In this document: one piece after another, positions 60,060 through 64,000 of the stretch | Layout: each line of letters opens with the position of its first letter | Numbering within the stretch: position 1 is the first letter of the stretch | IMG/VR virus record: IMGVR_UViG_3300037493_003022 | Span: 32,001-96,000 of that record | Direction: 5' to 3' (one strand) | Source of the DNA: a virus | Length of the DNA stretch: 64,000 nucleotides | The notes under the pieces: generated by a model | The model's input: only the letters and a program-made list of their open reading frames with translations | Told to the model about the DNA's origin: nothing | Database searches by the model: none | Made by a program: the position numbers and the translations under genes

Positions 60060-61099
60060 TGTTGAGCCTCCGGGATCAAGTGACCAATTTGGTCTTCAGT
60101 CAGTTCATGTCTAAAGGACTTACGTCCTTCCTCTTGTGTACTACCCTCTCGGGTTGCTCGCTGGATGGATTCGTAAGCGGGATCCCAAAAACACCCGGCG
60201 CACGTAGGTTTTCGGGAAATTACCTCTGCATATTTAATGGCGTTCGAAGGGATAACCAAGTCGAGAACATGAATCTCAACTGGCAAAGGTTGGTCAACAC
60301 AGAGCCTGAGCATTCCATCTGCGTCGATGGTAAGCACGCTCTTATCGTGGCACTTCCACGACTGCCGCAAGAAATTTTGGGGCCAGAGGTCGAACCAACC
60401 CGGCTCGTTGTGCATGAGGAATCGACCACTCTTGGCCATCAAAGAGAGGGTCGGGGAAACTCCTTCAATCTGCTCTTGGGAGGGGAGGTCGTTCCGATCA
60501 CCGCTGGAGTAGTCGTACTGGAAGATGGGAGCAGGGCACTGAAGAGGAGTGCAGATGCTCCAGATACCCTCTTTCGAGAGCATCTTTACGATGTCGGGCA
60601 TAGAGTCGATGTTATGCTTCGTGACTGTTATGCACGTAACGAGATCCCTTATCCCGAAGTTATCTCGGAACATTTTAAGGGCTGACAACCCATTCTGTGA
60701 CTTCAAAAGGGCTGGCTTATCGGGAGATAGTTTCGGGGTATCACCATCAAAGGAAGTGCTCCAGTTGGACAATCCGTGGTCAACTAGATTTTTAGCGTAC
60801 TCTCTATCTTTTAGAACACGTACAGAGTTAGAGATAACTGCGTGTTTAACTCCGAGCTTATTACAATGCCCAATGAACATCGGAAGCTCTTCTCTGACAG
60901 TCGGTTCACCACCGAAGAAGATAATAGGTGCCCCAGGCCACTGCTTGGATATAAGCTCGATGGTCTTCATGACCTGATATGTACCCATCTCAGGGTATCT
61001 CAGGGAAGATTTGGTAATCTTGCAGTAGCTACAATTGAGCTGACATCTCCTTGTAAGGAGGAATTCAACTTTCAGAACAGGGATATTAGAAGCTTCCAT
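60035..61099 (-). CDS. Radical SAM protein with SPASM/twitch-like extension
   Basis: LTRRCQLNCSYC, FGGEP, SFDG; C...IDADG...C...CAGC. Confidence 0.9.
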   Translation of the reverse strand: MEASNIPVLKVEFLLTRRCQLNCSYCKITKSSLRYPEMGTYQVMKTIELISKQWPGAPIIFFGGEPTVREELPMFIGHCNKLGVKHAVISNSVRVLKDREYAKNLVDHGLSNWSTSFDGDTPKLSPDKPALLKSQNGLSALKMFRDNFGIRDLVTCITVTKHNIDSMPDIVKMLSKEGIWSICTPLQCPAPIFQYDYSSGDRNDLPSQEQIEGVSPTLSLMAKSGRFLMHNEPGWFDLWPQNFLRQSWKCHDKSVLTIDADGMLRLCVDQPLPVEIHVLDLVIPSNAIKYAEVISRKPTCAGCFWDPAYESIQRATREGSTQEEGRKSFRHELTEDQIGHLIPEAQQWFKKTTE

Positions 61100-61103
61100 T
61101 TGT

Positions 61104-61817
61104 TCACCCTAGAGCGGACAGAATCCGCTTGGTCCTATCCGGGCTGTACTTTCCTTCAATTGCAGCTTTAACATAGTCACGAGCGACTTTGCTAGAGCGA
61201 GGTTCAACATAAAAATCATTAAGGTTAGTATGCACGTCACTTAGGGTAAATGCAATATAGCGCCTAATACAAGCAGGACAATTACCGCAATGTTGGTAAT
61301 AAAGAGAGGTCGTCATCCTTGGATGATAACAAGACCACGTTTTCTTTAACTTAAATGCGGTGCCTCCGTTTTTGAGATACCATCTGAACATGTCTATTTT
61401 ATCCATGTTAAGAAAAGGAGCAGCAACTCGAATATCCTGTCCCAGAGTATTAAGCAAATTCTCCATCCCAAATAGAAACTCTGGTTTTCTATCAGGGATA
61501 GACAGCTCGTCTTTCTGAACAGTTAGATAGATGGTAGTCTTTCCAGTAACGTACTTCGCAGCAGCTAGGCATAGAAACGCATTTCTATACCAGATCGTAG
61601 CGTCGGGCTCTTCCCACTCACCGAGACCCTCTAGAGCATGAACTATCCGAGTGTCTGGAGAAGTCTCTCGGAGAGCCCGCAATTCGCACTCTTTGTACTT
61701 GTGCCCAAGATTGAAGTAGATGGAGTCTACTTTAGTCGGATCTCGCTCCTCTGATAACACCTTATGCAGAGTGATAAACGAATCCGGTCCTCCGCTATAG
61801 AGAACGAGATGATTCAT
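61104..61817 (-). CDS. queC: 7-cyano-7-deazaguanine (preQ0) synthase
   Basis: LYSGGPDS PP-loop, RN, D, PF..K, TWSCY...HCGNCPACIRR. Confidence 0.9.
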   Translation of the reverse strand: MNHLVLYSGGPDSFITLHKVLSEERDPTKVDSIYFNLGHKYKECELRALRETSPDTRIVHALEGLGEWEEPDATIWYRNAFLCLAAAKYVTGKTTIYLTVQKDELSIPDRKPEFLFGMENLLNTLGQDIRVAAPFLNMDKIDMFRWYLKNGGTAFKLKKTWSCYHPRMTTSLYYQHCGNCPACIRRYIAFTLSDVHTNLNDFYVEPRSSKVARDYVKAAIEGKYSPDRTKRILSALG

Positions 61818-61826
61818 TGGTATCTC

Positions 61827-62207
61827 CTAACCGAGTTGGGAAGTTTTTTCAAGCTGCGTAAGAAGAGCAGCTCTAATTCCTATTGCATAGGGGTCGAACG
61901 GAGAGGGAAAATTCCGGTCGTCTACGTAGACGTGGGCGTAGGGCTTTCCCATGATCAACTCATCGTAAGCAACCCCGTGCTTATCCAGCCAAGAGATAGT
62001 CTTGGTAGTATCTGACACAGGGCGAGCTGTATGAATGATCACATGGACACCCTTGTTGTGCAACTCCCACATGATGTCGATGACAGCTTGGATGGGATCG
62101 CAGTTCTCGTATGCCCAACCTGCGGAATCAGAGTACACGTCTTGAATAGTACCCGTGGCAATGACTCCATCCAGGTCGAAACAAATGATGGGGACTCGTG
62201 CTTTCAT
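61827..62207 (-). CDS. Small HAD-family phosphatase (capsule-biosynthesis type)
   Basis: FDLDGVI, HTAR, YDELIMGKP, YVDDR. Confidence 0.88.
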   Translation of the reverse strand: MKARVPIICFDLDGVIATGTIQDVYSDSAGWAYENCDPIQAVIDIMWELHNKGVHVIIHTARPVSDTTKTISWLDKHGVAYDELIMGKPYAHVYVDDRNFPSPFDPYAIGIRAALLTQLEKTSQLG

Positions 62208-62776
62208 TTTGAATCCGAGCGAACCTTCATCAAATCGAAAAATTCTTCCTTGGGAATTTCTCCTTTGATGTCGGAGGTGACGGTCACATGATTGGGTTTC
62301 TTAACTCCCCGCATCGACATGCACATGTGAGTACCTTCGACAACAACGATAACTCCTTGCGGCTTTACTTTCTCGTAAATGAAGTTCGAAATTTGAGAGG
62401 TGAACTGCTCTTGTATCTGAGGTCTCTTCGCAAACCAGTCTACGATTCGACCAAACTTAGAGAGTCCAACAACTTGGTCATTTGGAATGTACCCAATATG
62501 AACCTTGCCGTAAAACGGAACCAAATGATGCTCGCAGATCGAAAAATAATTTATGTCGAGCACCGCAATCATTTGATTGCAGTCACCTCTGGAGAACGTA
62601 GTTATGACAGGCTCTGGCTCGCGAAGACCTGATGTCAACTCAAAGTACATCTTGGCGACGCGCCTAGGAGTATCCAAGAGACCTTCCCTGCCCGGGTCTT
62701 CTCCAATCGAACCCAACAATGTCAAAATAGAATCTTCAACATTGTCGATTCGACGTTGGGAAATCTCTTCTGTCAC
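62204..62776 (-). CDS. folE: GTP cyclohydrolase I
   Basis: GEDPGREGLLDTPRRVAK, CEHHLVPF, GLSKFGR, RPQIQE, HMCMSMRGV. Confidence 0.97.
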   Translation of the reverse strand: MTEEISQRRIDNVEDSILTLLGSIGEDPGREGLLDTPRRVAKMYFELTSGLREPEPVITTFSRGDCNQMIAVLDINYFSICEHHLVPFYGKVHIGYIPNDQVVGLSKFGRIVDWFAKRPQIQEQFTSQISNFIYEKVKPQGVIVVVEGTHMCMSMRGVKKPNHVTVTSDIKGEIPKEEFFDLMKVRSDSK

Positions 62777-63177
62777 TTCTTGGCTCCCGGCATTTGGATA
62801 ACATTTTTGATCTTTGAAATCTGATCGTTGACCTGAGACTGCGCCTGAGTTCGGGCCATGTCCATCTTCAACTCGGAGATGGTCATCTTAGCTTGAATCA
62901 TGCAGCTCACATCTTCGAGCATACTCGAGCACATGTTACGAACTTCACGAAGAGAAGCAGCGTGGTTCTTCTCAACGGAAGGAAGGTCGGTGATGGCGTC
63001 GATCTTACCGTCGTCAAACTGGACGAGAAGGACGGCGGTGATGGTCTTTCTCGACGTGCCACTCTCCTCGGGAGCTTTCACGGGAAGCTCCTGGGAAACA
63101 GGCGGCGCAGCTTCCGGGGAAGCGCCTACGGGTTCACTGTCGTCGTTACCTTCACGATACGGAGTCTCAGTTGCCAT
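62773..63177 (-). CDS. Hypothetical protein
   Basis: AAGGAG RBS; ATGA-coupled to folE. Confidence 0.7.
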   Translation of the reverse strand: MATETPYREGNDDSEPVGASPEAAPPVSQELPVKAPEESGTSRKTITAVLLVQFDDGKIDAITDLPSVEKNHAASLREVRNMCSSMLEDVSCMIQAKMTISELKMDMARTQAQSQVNDQISKIKNVIQMPGAKK

Positions 63178-63187
63178 GGCTTCTCCT

Positions 63188-63886
63188 TTATCTCACTCTC
63201 ATAATGATGTGAGTCTGTGGTATGACTCTCCAGGTTTCCCCGTAGAGTTGTTTTCTTTTCAGGGAAAAGGCTAACGCCTCATTCACATTCTTCCGCCATT
63301 CCCAACCCACAACTCCTCCAGCGGGAGTCTGTGGCTGAACTATCAGGTTCATCAAGGATGAAGTGGTCAGATTGAGAGCGCAAGTAAGATCACCTTCGTT
63401 GAAGTTAACTGGGAATGGAATAAGAACCTTGAAGGAGGTAGCTAACTCAAGAACATTAGGCCCTAAAGGAACAACCTTGGGGCTAACAGTAATTTCAGAA
63501 AAATATCCAAGACAGTCATCTACTTCTGAAACGTGACTAGAAAGGATTCGCTCGGCGGCTAAAGACCCGTTTGTTTCGAGATGCAGCTCCATCCCCAATT
63601 CTTTTATCGAGGATAGAATCTGACTATCAACCTGGAGAAGAGGCTCGCCTCCAGTTATCACGCAAGCGAGACCTCGTGGTCGGATATGCCGGATCTGACA
63701 ACAGTCCTGTATGTGCTCTAGGATCGTAACTATCGACAAGTCTTCCCCTGTATCGTGGGGAGTATCGCAGAACTCACAGACAGTATTACACCCAGAGAAC
63801 CTAACGAAGACAGAGGGTCTGCCAATATGAGAACCTTCACCTTGAACAGACAGAAAGATTTCGTTTACTTTATAGGTCTTAGTCAT
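63188..63886 (-). CDS. queE: 7-carboxy-7-deazaguanine synthase (radical SAM)
   Basis: EIFLSVQGEG...VFVRFSGCNTVCEFCDT, ITGGEPLLQ, ETNG, TVSPK, PQTH. Confidence 0.95.
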   Translation of the reverse strand: MTKTYKVNEIFLSVQGEGSHIGRPSVFVRFSGCNTVCEFCDTPHDTGEDLSIVTILEHIQDCCQIRHIRPRGLACVITGGEPLLQVDSQILSSIKELGMELHLETNGSLAAERILSSHVSEVDDCLGYFSEITVSPKVVPLGPNVLELATSFKVLIPFPVNFNEGDLTCALNLTTSSLMNLIVQPQTPAGGVVGWEWRKNVNEALAFSLKRKQLYGETWRVIPQTHIIMRVR

Positions 63887-64000
63887 CTTACAAGAACCTC
63901 ATGTTTAGCGAAGGACGTAGGATTCTCCCAAACCTCAACGCTATGAACCGTTGCGACAATATGATTGTCACTTAGGATTCGAGGAAAAATAGAAAGAGAC
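63883..64000 (-). CDS. queD: 6-carboxytetrahydropterin synthase, C-terminal fragment (5' end outside the window)
   Basis: Translates ...VHSVEVWENPTSFAKHEVLVR*, matching the QueD/PTPS C-terminal VxVWExxxxxA motif; ATGA overlap with queE. Confidence 0.7.
   Translation of the reverse strand, partial: SLSIFPRILSDNHIVATVHSVEVWENPTSFAKHEVLVR

Noticed and set aside
61104-64000. Ordinary host queuosine/folate operon (bacterial DNA)
   Set aside because: The genes are interleaved with phage-type hypotheticals, continuous in strand and style with the phage genes, and the TGT is not a canonical bacterial Tgt.
1-64000. Stop-codon reassignment
   Set aside because: Conserved genes are full length in the standard code, and TAA, TGA and TAG all occur as normal gene ends.

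Overview
This 64 kb window is part of a large contractile-tailed (myovirus-type) phage genome, with nearly all genes on the minus strand. 1-26 kb is a virion module: a collagen/beta-helix tail fibre running off the left edge (absent from the ORF track), baseplate J, gp25, spike, hub, LysM protein, tube initiator, tape measure, frameshifted tail chaperone, T4-gp19-like tube, sheath, neck proteins, N4-gp56-like capsid, scaffold, portal, and a terminase large subunit with two inteins. 26-30.6 kb holds accessory genes (GT-B glycosyltransferase, Cys-rich lipoprotein, SAM methyltransferase). 30.6-34.1 kb is a repeat-rich, largely non-coding segment containing the only plausible plus-strand genes, possibly the genome terminus or origin. 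34-52.6 kb is a dense run of small hypothetical genes behind a recurrent '-10 box-N6-ATG' promoter motif, plus MazG-like and SpeD genes. 52.6-64 kb is the most interesting part: one tightly coupled operon joining a preQ0 (7-deazaguanine) pathway (queD, queE, folE, queC) and an intein-split TGT/DpdA-like transglycosylase to three glycosyltransferases, an extra radical SAM enzyme, a HAD phosphatase and a nucleotide-modification-associated domain. It is a candidate for an undescribed sugar-decorated 7-deazaguanine hypermodification. All family calls are from motif recognition by eye; no searches were run.
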